From NCBI GenBank assembly GCA_045645645.1, contig JAZRJE010000011.1:210-64209 (forward strand): a stretch of DNA of 64,000 nt. The letters run 5' to 3'. Below the pieces are notes generated by a model. That model was not told the DNA's origin, made no database searches, and saw only the letters and a program-made list of their open reading frames with translations. This DNA is from Candidatus Enterousia sp. (GTDB lineage: Bacteria; Pseudomonadota; Alphaproteobacteria; Rs-D84). Of the stretch, positions 1-8,451 are shown piece by piece (position 1 is the stretch's first letter; each line of letters begins with the position of its first letter). The position numbers and the translations under genes are program-made.

Positions 1-42
1 CGTTTTTAGGTAGAACTGTGTCAAATTCGGGGCCCCATTAAT

Positions 43-74
43 AAATCCTGTCGAAAGATAGGATTTTTATTTTG
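43..74 (+). terminator. Rho-independent terminator (hairpin with GAAA loop, then a T-run) for a gene upstream of the window
   Basis: aaatcctgtc-gaaa-gataggattt stem followed by ttttatttt. Confidence 0.55.
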
Positions 75-80
75 GGCGGT

Positions 81-506
81 TCATAAGTGAATAATTTCTG
101 CGTCTGGAATCATGCTTGCAATGTATTCTGCGGCTAAGCGTCTGTGGCACATATCTGCGTTTTTTTCTGTACATAACAGGCAGATGTGGTCCAAAGATTC
201 CAGTGGTACATTCGCCAATGGTTGGCGTTCTGCAATTGTTTTACGATAAATCGGCTCAGCATCTGCCCAGACCATCTGTTTATCCTTGAACGATGTCAGC
301 ATTTCAAATGTTGGTGCAAATTCTGGATGATACTCATAACGTTCGCCAAGAACCGATGCCAGATTCTCCCCACTGTAATACGGAACATATTTACTGACCC
401 GCCACAGGCGAATGTCCCACACGCAATTTATTCTTGCAGCATCTAAAACCTCCAGAAACACTTCTGGCTTTTTTCCACTAAAACCAATTGTGAATATCTT
501 TGTCAT
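81..506 (-). CDS. DUF488 family protein
   Basis: 141 aa. N-terminal 'IFTIGFSGK' and 'DIRLWRVSK' plus C-terminal 'LLCTEKNADMCHRRLAAEYI' match the DUF488 pattern (TIGHS...DVR...LLCxE...CHR). Confidence 0.7.
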   Translation of the reverse strand: MTKIFTIGFSGKKPEVFLEVLDAARINCVWDIRLWRVSKYVPYYSGENLASVLGERYEYHPEFAPTFEMLTSFKDKQMVWADAEPIYRKTIAERQPLANVPLESLDHICLLCTEKNADMCHRRLAAEYIASMIPDAEIIHL

Positions 507-553
507 ATCAATACAAGAATAGATATTCGCGCATCAAATAGCAATGATTTTTC

Positions 554-582
554 TTGAATTTTTATCGTTTTTGTGATATCAT
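554..582 (+). promoter_or_regulatory. Sigma70-like promoter with extended -10 (TTGAAT, 17 nt spacer, TGaTATCAT)
   Basis: ttgaat at 554-559, 17-nt spacer, tg at 574-575, tatcat at 577-582. Confidence 0.4.
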
Positions 583-597
583 GCACAGCAACAGCAA

Positions 598-621
598 TAA
601 CGGCGATATGCCGTTTTTTTT
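598..621 (+). terminator. Intrinsic terminator A in the leader of the GH108 gene
   Basis: aacggc-gatat-gccgtt stem followed by T8. Confidence 0.55.
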
Positions 622-624
622 ATT

Positions 625-647
625 GCCCGCAATCGCGGGCATTTTTT
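625..647 (+). terminator. Intrinsic terminator B in the leader of the GH108 gene
   Basis: gcccgc-aatc-gcgggc stem (6 GC-rich bp) followed by aTTTTTT. Confidence 0.65.
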
Positions 648-684
648 ATGAAGAAAAACAGGCTTTGAAACGAAGGAAAATGAT

Positions 685-1197
685 ATGAATTTTGAACAGG
701 CATACAATAAACTAAAAGAGCACGAAGGCGGTTATACAAATGGTAAAAATCAAAAAAAAGACGAACCTACAAACATGGGAATCAAACAAAGTACACTGGA
801 CAGATATTCTGCCAAGTATCCAGAGAAAAATCTTCCGTCCGATGTAAAGCATTTAACAGCCACGCAAGCCAAAGAAATCTATAAATACGAATACTGGGAC
901 AATACAAAAATCCCTGAAATCAAAAATGACAGAATACGCGATGCTGTGTTTGATATGAATGTAATGGGTGGTGCAGGAAAAACGGTTCAACGTGCATTAA
1001 ATTCTTTCTTGGATGCAAACTTAGTTGTTGATGGTGCAATAGGCAGCAAAACAATTAAATCTATAAATACGATTGCCGATAGCAAGGTTAACGAATTTAT
1101 GAAGATACTAAAATCTGAAAGGTTGAATTATTTAAGGGGCACAGCGAACTGGGAAACAGCAAAAAACGGCTGGGCAAAACGAACCAACAAATACTAA
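685..1197 (+). CDS. GH108-type lysozyme with C-terminal PG_binding_3 domain (phage endolysin-like)
   Basis: 170 aa. N-terminal 'HEGGYTN...MGI' resembles the GH108 catalytic EGGY motif. 'VVDGAIGSKTIKSIN' resembles the PG_binding_3 motif. An RBS 'aaggaaaa' precedes the ATG. Confidence 0.7.
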   Translation: MNFEQAYNKLKEHEGGYTNGKNQKKDEPTNMGIKQSTLDRYSAKYPEKNLPSDVKHLTATQAKEIYKYEYWDNTKIPEIKNDRIRDAVFDMNVMGGAGKTVQRALNSFLDANLVVDGAIGSKTIKSINTIADSKVNEFMKILKSERLNYLRGTANWETAKNGWAKRTNKY

Positions 1198-1285
1198 TTT
1201 TTGTCTAATCCTGTCGCCTTCAAGTGTTGCGTGCATGCCACAGAAGACACTAACTGAGTCTGCATTACTAAAATGCAGCCTCAGT

Positions 1286-1525
1286 TTATCTTCTGATTCC
1301 GTTTGAAACAATATGCCAACAGGAATAAAATATTTCTGTATCTGTTTCTCTATCATATTGATATTTTTTACCTTTGTATTCTGCGTTATTACCTGTTATT
1401 TCAATCTTGCCTTCAACATCACAAATATGTAAGTCGTACCAAGATTGCAACTTTAAAATGCATGATGAATCATCACAGTTAAAAATTTCCATTACCCCAT
1501 CAAAAATGGCGTCTTGATTATTCAA
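1286..1525 (-). CDS. Hypothetical protein (phage cluster)
   Basis: 79-aa ORF at the distal end of the minus-strand phage operon. No motif recognised. Confidence 0.35.
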   Translation of the reverse strand: MNNQDAIFDGVMEIFNCDDSSCILKLQSWYDLHICDVEGKIEITGNNAEYKGKKYQYDRETDTEIFYSCWHIVSNGIRR

Positions 1526-1566
1526 AATTCATTTGTCAGCCCCAATTTTTTTTGGTGGGGGAATTG

Positions 1567-1824
1567 TCACTTGATAACCGCCCCCTTAATTAAATTTAAA
1601 TCTTCTTTAATATCATCTATTTTTATTTGAATTTGCCCTATTCCTGTTTCTAGAACCGTTGTGCGATTTTCCAACGATGTAATACGAGCGTCTGCACGCT
1701 GAATTTCTATCAACGACGAATCTTGACGTGCAACCCAGTATATAACACCTGCTATAAAAGCAATTAAAAACCAACTGTCGCGCAACACGTCCAAGATACC
1801 TGCGGCACTGGGTTGCATAGTCAT
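1567..1824 (-). CDS. Small membrane-anchored coiled-coil protein (i-spanin-like topology, speculative)
   Basis: 85 aa. N-terminal TM segment 'WFLIAFIAGVIYWVA' is followed by heptad-like 'ITSLENRTTVLETGIGQIQIKIDDIKEDLNLI'. Confidence 0.45.
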   Translation of the reverse strand: MTMQPSAAGILDVLRDSWFLIAFIAGVIYWVARQDSSLIEIQRADARITSLENRTTVLETGIGQIQIKIDDIKEDLNLIKGAVIK

Positions 1825-1827
1825 AAT

Positions 1828-2025
1828 TTATTCTCCTCTTTGTATTAAATGTTCAATTTGTCGTACTAAGGCGCGTTGCCCCTCAAGTGTACGAAGCGCA
1901 GCATCACTGCTGTCTGACCCCAGAACACGTTCTATTGTTATTTTACGCAAATGCGATAATACCAACATGCCTTCATGTGTTTTAAAAATGCGTGCATAGC
2001 ATTTTTCTATATCTGTAACGTTCAT
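1828..2025 (-). CDS. Bbp19-like small phage protein
   Basis: 65 aa. The pattern 'Y.RIF.T.EG..VL..L...........LEGQRALVRQI' resembles Bbp19-family proteins of podoviruses, recalled from memory. Confidence 0.4.
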   Translation of the reverse strand: MNVTDIEKCYARIFKTHEGMLVLSHLRKITIERVLGSDSSDAALRTLEGQRALVRQIEHLIQRGE

Positions 2026-2026
2026 T

Positions 2027-3256
2027 TTATACCCCTGTCAAAGCTTCGGATGCGACCATTTGTGCAATTGGCGCCACATATTTTAATTCTGCGTCACTGT
2101 GCAATGAAATTTCATCTATCAAACCACGACGCGATAAAATTTGCAGTCCTCGTTCGCACATTGGACGAATAAATTCGTGCAATAGACGTCCATATGTGGC
2201 ACCTAATATACGCATCATGTCTGAATTACGTGCCATAATTTCAGTTGCCGTCATTTCTTTTTCACTTAACAGGCCCAGCCTGTCCGCCAATAATGTATGA
2301 CGTATCCGTTCACGCAAATCTTTTAAAACAATTTGTGAAACATCAAAATTAGCACCACTGGTCAATGGTGTCAGACCAGATGAACCAACCGCCTTTGGTA
2401 TAATTGCCCCAGGAGTCAAATTGATGTTGTTTAGATTTATTACACCATCATCATCGGCCTGCCATATACCAGACACTGCAATTGTTGCATTTTTTAAAAC
2501 CAATTCTACAACCTTATTCGCAGTTTTAATATCTGGTAATGCGCGCAGAACTGGACTGAAACCATATGTTTCACCACTGGTAACAGACCATCGAAATATC
2601 AAGTACGGATTAGTGTCAAATGTACCACGACCAACAATATTGTTTTCTATGTCACCGTCAACATCCAGCCATGCAATAAAATCTGTCCCAACTAAGCTTT
2701 GAACTAGCCTAATTGGTGTATCTGGATCTTGTTTTATAACATCACGCATATTTTTTGGGGGTGTCCATGTCGGATATTTTTTCAATGCATCACGCAATGG
2801 CATTGATGTTGTATGAAATACGGCATTCGGTAAAATCGCAATATCTGACATGGGTATTGCTGTAAATGAAAACGCAGATGATGCGCCAATCGGATTTTCA
2901 GCCATAAACAGACATGCTGTCCCCAGAACAACTAAGTCCATATAGCACTGATGAATTGTTGTATAAAAGTTTGAGTCATTCAAATGTGAACGCAAAACAG
3001 ACGTTGCATATGTGGCGTCTGGGGATTTATCGCTTTCTGCAACCAGATTTAGCCATAACGATTCTGGTGGTGTCAAAAGTGTGTATAACGATGCCGCCAG
3101 ATTATCAACTGCATCAGATGCGGTGGCATCAAATAATGTAGCACATTCTTCTTCGATCGTTGGGACAGTGTAACGTCGTGCTTCATCCCAGCGACGCATC
3201 CATGGACTGCGCATATCTAGCGCACGTTTATATAATTGTTGCAAATTTTGTTGCAT
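2027..3256 (-). CDS. Phage portal (head-to-tail connector, T7 gp8-like)
   Basis: 409 aa. N-terminal 'LYKRALDMRSPWMRRWDEARRYTVPT...DNLAASLYTLLTPPESLW' parallels T7 gp8 'YERLKNDRAPYETRAQNCAQYTIPS...NNLASKLMLALFP'. Confidence 0.7.
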   Translation of the reverse strand: MQQNLQQLYKRALDMRSPWMRRWDEARRYTVPTIEEECATLFDATASDAVDNLAASLYTLLTPPESLWLNLVAESDKSPDATYATSVLRSHLNDSNFYTTIHQCYMDLVVLGTACLFMAENPIGASSAFSFTAIPMSDIAILPNAVFHTTSMPLRDALKKYPTWTPPKNMRDVIKQDPDTPIRLVQSLVGTDFIAWLDVDGDIENNIVGRGTFDTNPYLIFRWSVTSGETYGFSPVLRALPDIKTANKVVELVLKNATIAVSGIWQADDDGVINLNNINLTPGAIIPKAVGSSGLTPLTSGANFDVSQIVLKDLRERIRHTLLADRLGLLSEKEMTATEIMARNSDMMRILGATYGRLLHEFIRPMCERGLQILSRRGLIDEISLHSDAELKYVAPIAQMVASEALTGV

Positions 3257-3287
3257 ATTTTTTCCTTTTGGTTGTTATTCAAGATTT

Positions 3288-4136
3288 TTAGATTAAGAAA
3301 TTCGTATTTGCTTGAAATATTTTATTCTGACGCCCCACAGAATGTACGGCAATTGGACCCTGGGCAATCGCACCTGCGACGGCATCCAATCCATCATCAT
3401 GTCCAATTCCACCCAGTGGTGACCAACCCAGCATTTCTGATATAAATGGAGTCTGCTGAATTCGTGTGTGTGCATATAAATGACCAGATGTTAATATTGG
3501 TTCAATTGCATCTAGGATTCTGTCTGATTTATTTTTATTGTTTGTTATTTTATTAACACAAATATTTTCACCATGACGATTGGCAACATCACGCATAATT
3601 TCTGGCAATGCGTTCCCCAGACCATTTGTTTCAATCGTTATACGACGACTTTTATGGCGCAACATAAAATCTAGTACCATTTCGCACTGACTGTTTAGTG
3701 GATGCGTATCATTATCTGATACATGCATGTACATAACATCATCTATAAAAATATTATGATTTTTGTCATCTCGATACAGACATACACATACACTGTCATC
3801 TGATTTGCGACGCCCGCTGGACGGATCCCAATAAAAAGAGACACCCGTTATCAGATGTGGCCCCAGACGAGCACTGTGCCAGTCAAATATATCTTCATAA
3901 ATGTGTATTTGCCCTGGATCTAGCCTTATGCGTTCTGGTGGCACAAAATCTAGCATCATTTGTGATGAAAAATGTCTAGGCCCAACAATTTGTCTTATTT
4001 GATTGATTTTATCTAATGGAAAAAGCTCGGGCCACACAGGATTTCCACAACTGTCAACAATCGGTATCTTTAATATGCGATAACCAGATAAAAAAGGCGT
4101 TGAAAAACTAAAATTTTTATATACTATATCAGACAT
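3288..4136 (-). CDS. Terminase large subunit, C-terminal nuclease half (split gene)
   Basis: RNaseH-like nuclease acidic motifs 'FYWDPSSG', 'ITIETNGLG' and 'GHDDGLDAVAGAI'. Start taken at MSDIVYKNF (ATG 4136). An upstream in-frame ATG at 4211 would overlap dnaB. Confidence 0.7.
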   Translation of the reverse strand: MSDIVYKNFSFSTPFLSGYRILKIPIVDSCGNPVWPELFPLDKINQIRQIVGPRHFSSQMMLDFVPPERIRLDPGQIHIYEDIFDWHSARLGPHLITGVSFYWDPSSGRRKSDDSVCVCLYRDDKNHNIFIDDVMYMHVSDNDTHPLNSQCEMVLDFMLRHKSRRITIETNGLGNALPEIMRDVANRHGENICVNKITNNKNKSDRILDAIEPILTSGHLYAHTRIQQTPFISEMLGWSPLGGIGHDDGLDAVAGAIAQGPIAVHSVGRQNKIFQANTNFLI

Positions 4137-5694
4137 GGACTTTACTCCCAAAACTTTACCGACAAATCTGGAAGCAGAACAAGCAGTTCTGGCGGCGGTT
4201 TTAATGAACAATCGTGCACTGGAACGCGTATCTGAATTCTTAACTCATGAACACTTTTCGCATCCAGCACATCAGGAAATTTATAAGCTGGCAGAACGAC
4301 AATTCGCAGCAGGAATACCATTTGATATTATTACCGCAAAGACTTATTTGGAACAGCAAGGTGTCCTGGAATCCGTTGGCGGGGTCGAATATTTAAGCCA
4401 ACTGTCCAGCGCTGGCGCAACCGTTGTAAATGTCGAACAATATGGACGAATCGTTTATGAGAACGCACAAAGACGCGATTTGATTAATCTGGCACAATCT
4501 ATTATGGACAGTGCTTTTGTTGAGGACATGGACAATCCTGTTAATCGACAAATCGAAGTAGCGGAACAAAGACTGTTTGATATGGCAACTACAGGTACAT
4601 CAGAACGTGATGTCGTATCAATAGCAACAGCGTTACAAGCCGCCCTGAGAGAAGCTGAAACTGCATACAAAGCGGACGGGCAACTGTCTGGGTTGACGAC
4701 TGGATTGACTGCACTGGACAGATCTATTAGTGGCCTGCATCATTCAGACCTTATTATTATTGCAGGACGTCCAGCGATGGGAAAAACAACGCTTGCGATG
4801 AACATCGCATTTAATGCTGCGAATGCTATTCATTATGGTATGGCAAATAAAAACTATAAGGGGGCTGTCGTATTCTTTAGTCTTGAAATGTCACATTCAC
4901 AGCTGGCAGCACGTGTATTATCATCACAGTCAAAGGTCCCTGCATCAGCCATGCGCGAAGGTAACTTGACAGATGAAGATATGTTAAAAATGACGCAGTA
5001 TGCGGATGCAATCAGCAAGATTCCGCTGTGCATTGATGATACACCAGGTATGTCTGTTCCAATGATGCGAACACGTGCAAGAAGATTGGCACGAAAATAT
5101 GGTGGTATCGCATTAATTGTTGTGGATTATCTGCAACTAATGACATCCCCAGGGGGAAAACGTAGTGATAATCGTGTACAAGAAATTTCAGAAATAACGC
5201 GTGGATTAAAGATGCTGGCTAAGGAATTAGATGTTCCTGTTATTGCATTGTCACAGCTGTCACGTAGCGTTGAACAACGTGATGATAAACGACCACAGTT
5301 GGCAGATTTGCGTGAATCTGGTTCTATTGAACAAGACGCTGACATTGTTATGTTCACATATCGCGAAGAATACTATCTGGCAAACAGGAATCCGTCTGAA
5401 CGTATTTCAAACACAACAAATTCATCAATGGTTGAATCATGGCAAAAACGCTATGAACAATCACGCGGTAAGGCTGACATAATCATCGGGAAAAATCGAC
5501 ATGGACGACCAGAAACCGTTCGTACCGCGTTCTTGGGGGATTATAGCCTGTTTGATAACTTGCCAGATGAATTTGAAATACGTGGCGAAACAACAACTAG
5601 TGTAGTGGCCAGTGCACCAATCCCACTAGACGGTTCAGAATTTGCACCAACGCCAATTGATATTGATGCTATCCCAGACGATATGCCGTTATAA
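4135..5694 (+). CDS. dnaB: Replicative DNA helicase DnaB
   Basis: 519 aa. N-terminal 'NLEAEQAVLAAVLMNN', Walker A 'GRPAMGKTTLAMN', 'VDYLQLM', 'ALSQLSR' and 'IGKNRHGRPETV'. Confidence 0.9.
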   Translation: MDFTPKTLPTNLEAEQAVLAAVLMNNRALERVSEFLTHEHFSHPAHQEIYKLAERQFAAGIPFDIITAKTYLEQQGVLESVGGVEYLSQLSSAGATVVNVEQYGRIVYENAQRRDLINLAQSIMDSAFVEDMDNPVNRQIEVAEQRLFDMATTGTSERDVVSIATALQAALREAETAYKADGQLSGLTTGLTALDRSISGLHHSDLIIIAGRPAMGKTTLAMNIAFNAANAIHYGMANKNYKGAVVFFSLEMSHSQLAARVLSSQSKVPASAMREGNLTDEDMLKMTQYADAISKIPLCIDDTPGMSVPMMRTRARRLARKYGGIALIVVDYLQLMTSPGGKRSDNRVQEISEITRGLKMLAKELDVPVIALSQLSRSVEQRDDKRPQLADLRESGSIEQDADIVMFTYREEYYLANRNPSERISNTTNSSMVESWQKRYEQSRGKADIIIGKNRHGRPETVRTAFLGDYSLFDNLPDEFEIRGETTTSVVASAPIPLDGSEFAPTPIDIDAIPDDMPL

Positions 5695-5768
5695 TTATTT
5701 TACTTGCCATTGTTTTAAAAATTGACTATTATTTTGTCAAGATTGTATTTTTTTAAGGGGTTTTTGCA

Positions 5769-6776
5769 ATGGCTCAAGAAGAAATTATTTTTCCAAATAA
5801 TATCAGAAATATTCGTTTAGCAAATGGAATGAAAATGACAGAACTGGCACGTCGTGCGGGGTTATCTTTGTCTGCAGTTTCCAAAATTGAAAAGGGCGTG
5901 CGACGCCTGAACCAAAAACAGTTACTGAACATATGTAACATATTGGGTTGCAAGTTATCTGATATTTTCATTAAGGAATCTGATGACGTTGCAGAACAAT
6001 GGCAAACAGAAATCAAACGTCGTTTGAATGACAACGAAGATGGTGGTCTGAAAATTTTTGGCAGTGGATTGCGTAAAATTCGTCAGCAAGCTGGTAAAAC
6101 CATCGCTCAGGCTGCAAAAGACGCGGGGATGACACTTTCTGTATATCACAAGATTGAAGTTGGTCAACGTGAAATATATGAAGATGAACTTGAACCATTG
6201 GCACGCTCTTTTGCTTTAAGTGTAGAAAATATATTTAATAAAATTGCCACTATGTACAAAAGCGGTGAATTAAACAAACAAATTAATAAAGTTAAAGAAC
6301 GTGTAAAATCTGTATTAGAACCAGGCAATCCTTTATCCAGCATTGATATGCATGGCGGATTGTATGGTGCAAAATTATATGACAGTGCACGCAAAAAATT
6401 AGTTCCTGTGTTTGGAACACCTGCAGGCAAAGCAATTAGCTTCAGAAAATCTGATAAAACCATGATTGTTGCACCAATGTCACTAGAAGGACACAGCGGA
6501 ATTTATGCAGTAGTGCCAAATACAAAACGTTTGGGTGGCATGATCCCTGAGAAGTCGTATTTATTCGTAGATGTTGACGCACCTGTGTCGCCAGGAGACA
6601 TGGCCGTTTGTATAGATGCTGATTTTGCCGCATTGGATTCTGAAACCACCGTATCTGCACAGATTGTAAGTGTACGCCAAGATACCAAGGGAAAAATTTA
6701 TGGACAAATCGTCGGCCCAGATGAAAAAATAACACCACAAACAATGCATAAAATTGTAATGGTCGTTATGGAATAA
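5769..6776 (+). CDS. Dual XRE-type HTH regulator with C-terminal S24 (LexA/CI)-like domain lacking the catalytic Ser
   Basis: Two HTH_XRE units ('IRNIRLANGMKMTELARRAGLSLSAVSKIEKG' and 'LRKIRQQAGKTIAQAAKDAGMTLSVYHKIEVG'). The C-terminus 'GGMIPEKSYLFVDVDAPVSPGDMAVC' aligns to the S24 'GDSMxP...GD.v.v' motif with Ser replaced by Gly. Confidence 0.6.
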   Translation: MAQEEIIFPNNIRNIRLANGMKMTELARRAGLSLSAVSKIEKGVRRLNQKQLLNICNILGCKLSDIFIKESDDVAEQWQTEIKRRLNDNEDGGLKIFGSGLRKIRQQAGKTIAQAAKDAGMTLSVYHKIEVGQREIYEDELEPLARSFALSVENIFNKIATMYKSGELNKQINKVKERVKSVLEPGNPLSSIDMHGGLYGAKLYDSARKKLVPVFGTPAGKAISFRKSDKTMIVAPMSLEGHSGIYAVVPNTKRLGGMIPEKSYLFVDVDAPVSPGDMAVCIDADFAALDSETTVSAQIVSVRQDTKGKIYGQIVGPDEKITPQTMHKIVMVVME

Positions 6777-6805
6777 AAACATCACCCGCAGGAGAGAGAT
6801 CTGAG

Positions 6806-7444
6806 ATGAAAGCAAAAGCCAGTAAGACCGCACATAGATTATTAAATTTGTACCGCCAAGAGCACGTCATAATTGGGGGTTGGGCAGCTATTAATCCAAT
6901 TTTTATTAACGATGCAGACACATATGTCATAGAAGAATTAAAGGATATGCCAACGGGTAAGGCTTTGATACAGCATATTGAAAACCTGCGTAGTGGCAAG
7001 ACACCGATGGATTCAATAGAACCAGAACTGCTACCGTATGGGGGCATGATGACAGAATCTGTATTAACAAATGTAACCCTTACGGGCCCAGAAATAAATG
7101 AACTGCGGCATGCATTGGATGCATTTACACCTGATCAGGACGGTCTGAGGATGATTTCTGGTCTAAATGCGGTTAATAAATTCGGTGACGAATGGCAATC
7201 TGCAATATACAGCGCTTTATCATCGGACCCTGTTCTGTTACATAAATGGGAAGTTGTAACAAAAACATATCGGGCTTATCAGCTGTGGGATAACGCAGCA
7301 GAAATTGTCAGCCAACCAATAGACGATCGCATACGTGCAGAAATCCAAGCCGACATGCCAGAATATGAAACGTATTTGCCAATGTTTGGTGAGGCAGGCA
7401 AAGAACTATTGATTAAGTTGCGCACGTTTATAAGTTCTATCTAG
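6806..7444 (+). CDS. Hypothetical protein (third gene of the cassette inside the terminase gene)
   Basis: 212-aa ORF preceded by RBS 'aggagagag'. No motif recognised. Confidence 0.5.
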   Translation: MKAKASKTAHRLLNLYRQEHVIIGGWAAINPIFINDADTYVIEELKDMPTGKALIQHIENLRSGKTPMDSIEPELLPYGGMMTESVLTNVTLTGPEINELRHALDAFTPDQDGLRMISGLNAVNKFGDEWQSAIYSALSSDPVLLHKWEVVTKTYRAYQLWDNAAEIVSQPIDDRIRAEIQADMPEYETYLPMFGEAGKELLIKLRTFISSI

Positions 7445-8091
7445 TTAACACTTGTGCGATAGATTGTATCCATGGTATGTGGCGTACCGATATAAATCAT
7501 GGTTCCTGTTGGCGATAAAATAAAATCTAATTCGCGTAAACGTTCACGTAGATTTTCACGTTTTTGGGCAGTGTTGGATGTATTTGGTACTTCTACATCG
7601 TCACAAATGATTAAATCTGAACGCATGCCTGTTATATTGCCATGTACCCCTTGACATATAACAGAAGGTTCACGAACACCAATTGGGCGATTTACCGTAA
7701 TACGACCAGATGACCATTCTTTGCGTGACGTCGGAATCAAATCGACACACCAAGGATGGTTTTCTAATATATGTCGAATATGATTTACCATACGTGTTGC
7801 TAGCCCCGTCTCAGCGGATAGTATTAATATCCTTGTTTGAGGACGTAGATACAATGTACATGCAGCAAAAACACCAACAACTGTTGATTTACCAGAATGC
7901 CGAAATGCCATTAATAATCCACGATGCGTATCGTCATTCATAATATCGACCAAAAACCGCATTATTTCTTGATGATGCTGGGGAGTATTTAACCCCAGCA
8001 CCCTATTCCAAGCATCTAAAAAATTACAATATTCTGTATACATCGTATTGTTATATGTTGCATATGTTTTTCTAGCCGACAAGATCGTCAA
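7441..8091 (-). CDS. Terminase large subunit, N-terminal ATPase half (split gene)
   Basis: Walker A 'FRHSGKSTVV', Walker B 'LIICDDVEV' and coupling motif 'IGTPH'. The ORF stops at 7441, directly against the cassette. Confidence 0.75.
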   Translation of the reverse strand: MTILSARKTYATYNNTMYTEYCNFLDAWNRVLGLNTPQHHQEIMRFLVDIMNDDTHRGLLMAFRHSGKSTVVGVFAACTLYLRPQTRILILSAETGLATRMVNHIRHILENHPWCVDLIPTSRKEWSSGRITVNRPIGVREPSVICQGVHGNITGMRSDLIICDDVEVPNTSNTAQKRENLRERLRELDFILSPTGTMIYIGTPHTMDTIYRTSVN

Positions 8092-8419
8092 ATCGACTTA
8101 GAATAGACTTTAGTAAATTTGGCTTAGAAGTACGTGTCGACTTTAATTTTTGCAAATTATAGGTGCGCTTTTTATCGTATGGTTCTTCTGTTTCTGATTT
8201 CAGTCTTGTCAACACTGCACCTGCGGTTTGACCATGCGAAGAAACACCAGAAGCACCATATTTTGCACGTTGTGTCGCCAATGTTTTTTTTACCAGATTT
8301 GTTTTAGCTTGTTCATCGGACACCATTTGTTTCAAAATTTCCTGACGTTCTGATTTGTTCTTTTTTTTATTGTCTTTGTAATCTAAAATTTCTGTGACAT
8401 CTGATACTAGCTGTGCCAT
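8072..8419 (-). CDS. Hypothetical basic protein. It is a small-terminase candidate by position only.
   Basis: 115 aa, Lys-rich, overlaps the TerL-N start by 20 nt. No motif recognised. Confidence 0.4.
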   Translation of the reverse strand: MAQLVSDVTEILDYKDNKKKNKSERQEILKQMVSDEQAKTNLVKKTLATQRAKYGASGVSSHGQTAGAVLTRLKSETEEPYDKKRTYNLQKLKSTRTSKPNLLKSILSRFDDLVG

Positions 8420-8451
8420 AAAAATCTCCTTTGGTTTGAATTAAACTTGAG

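Noticed and set aside
4137-4211. Upstream in-frame start (ATG 4211) for the terminase nuclease half
   Set aside because: It would add 25 non-conserved residues and overlap dnaB by 77 nt. It cannot be excluded, but the start at 4136 is preferred.
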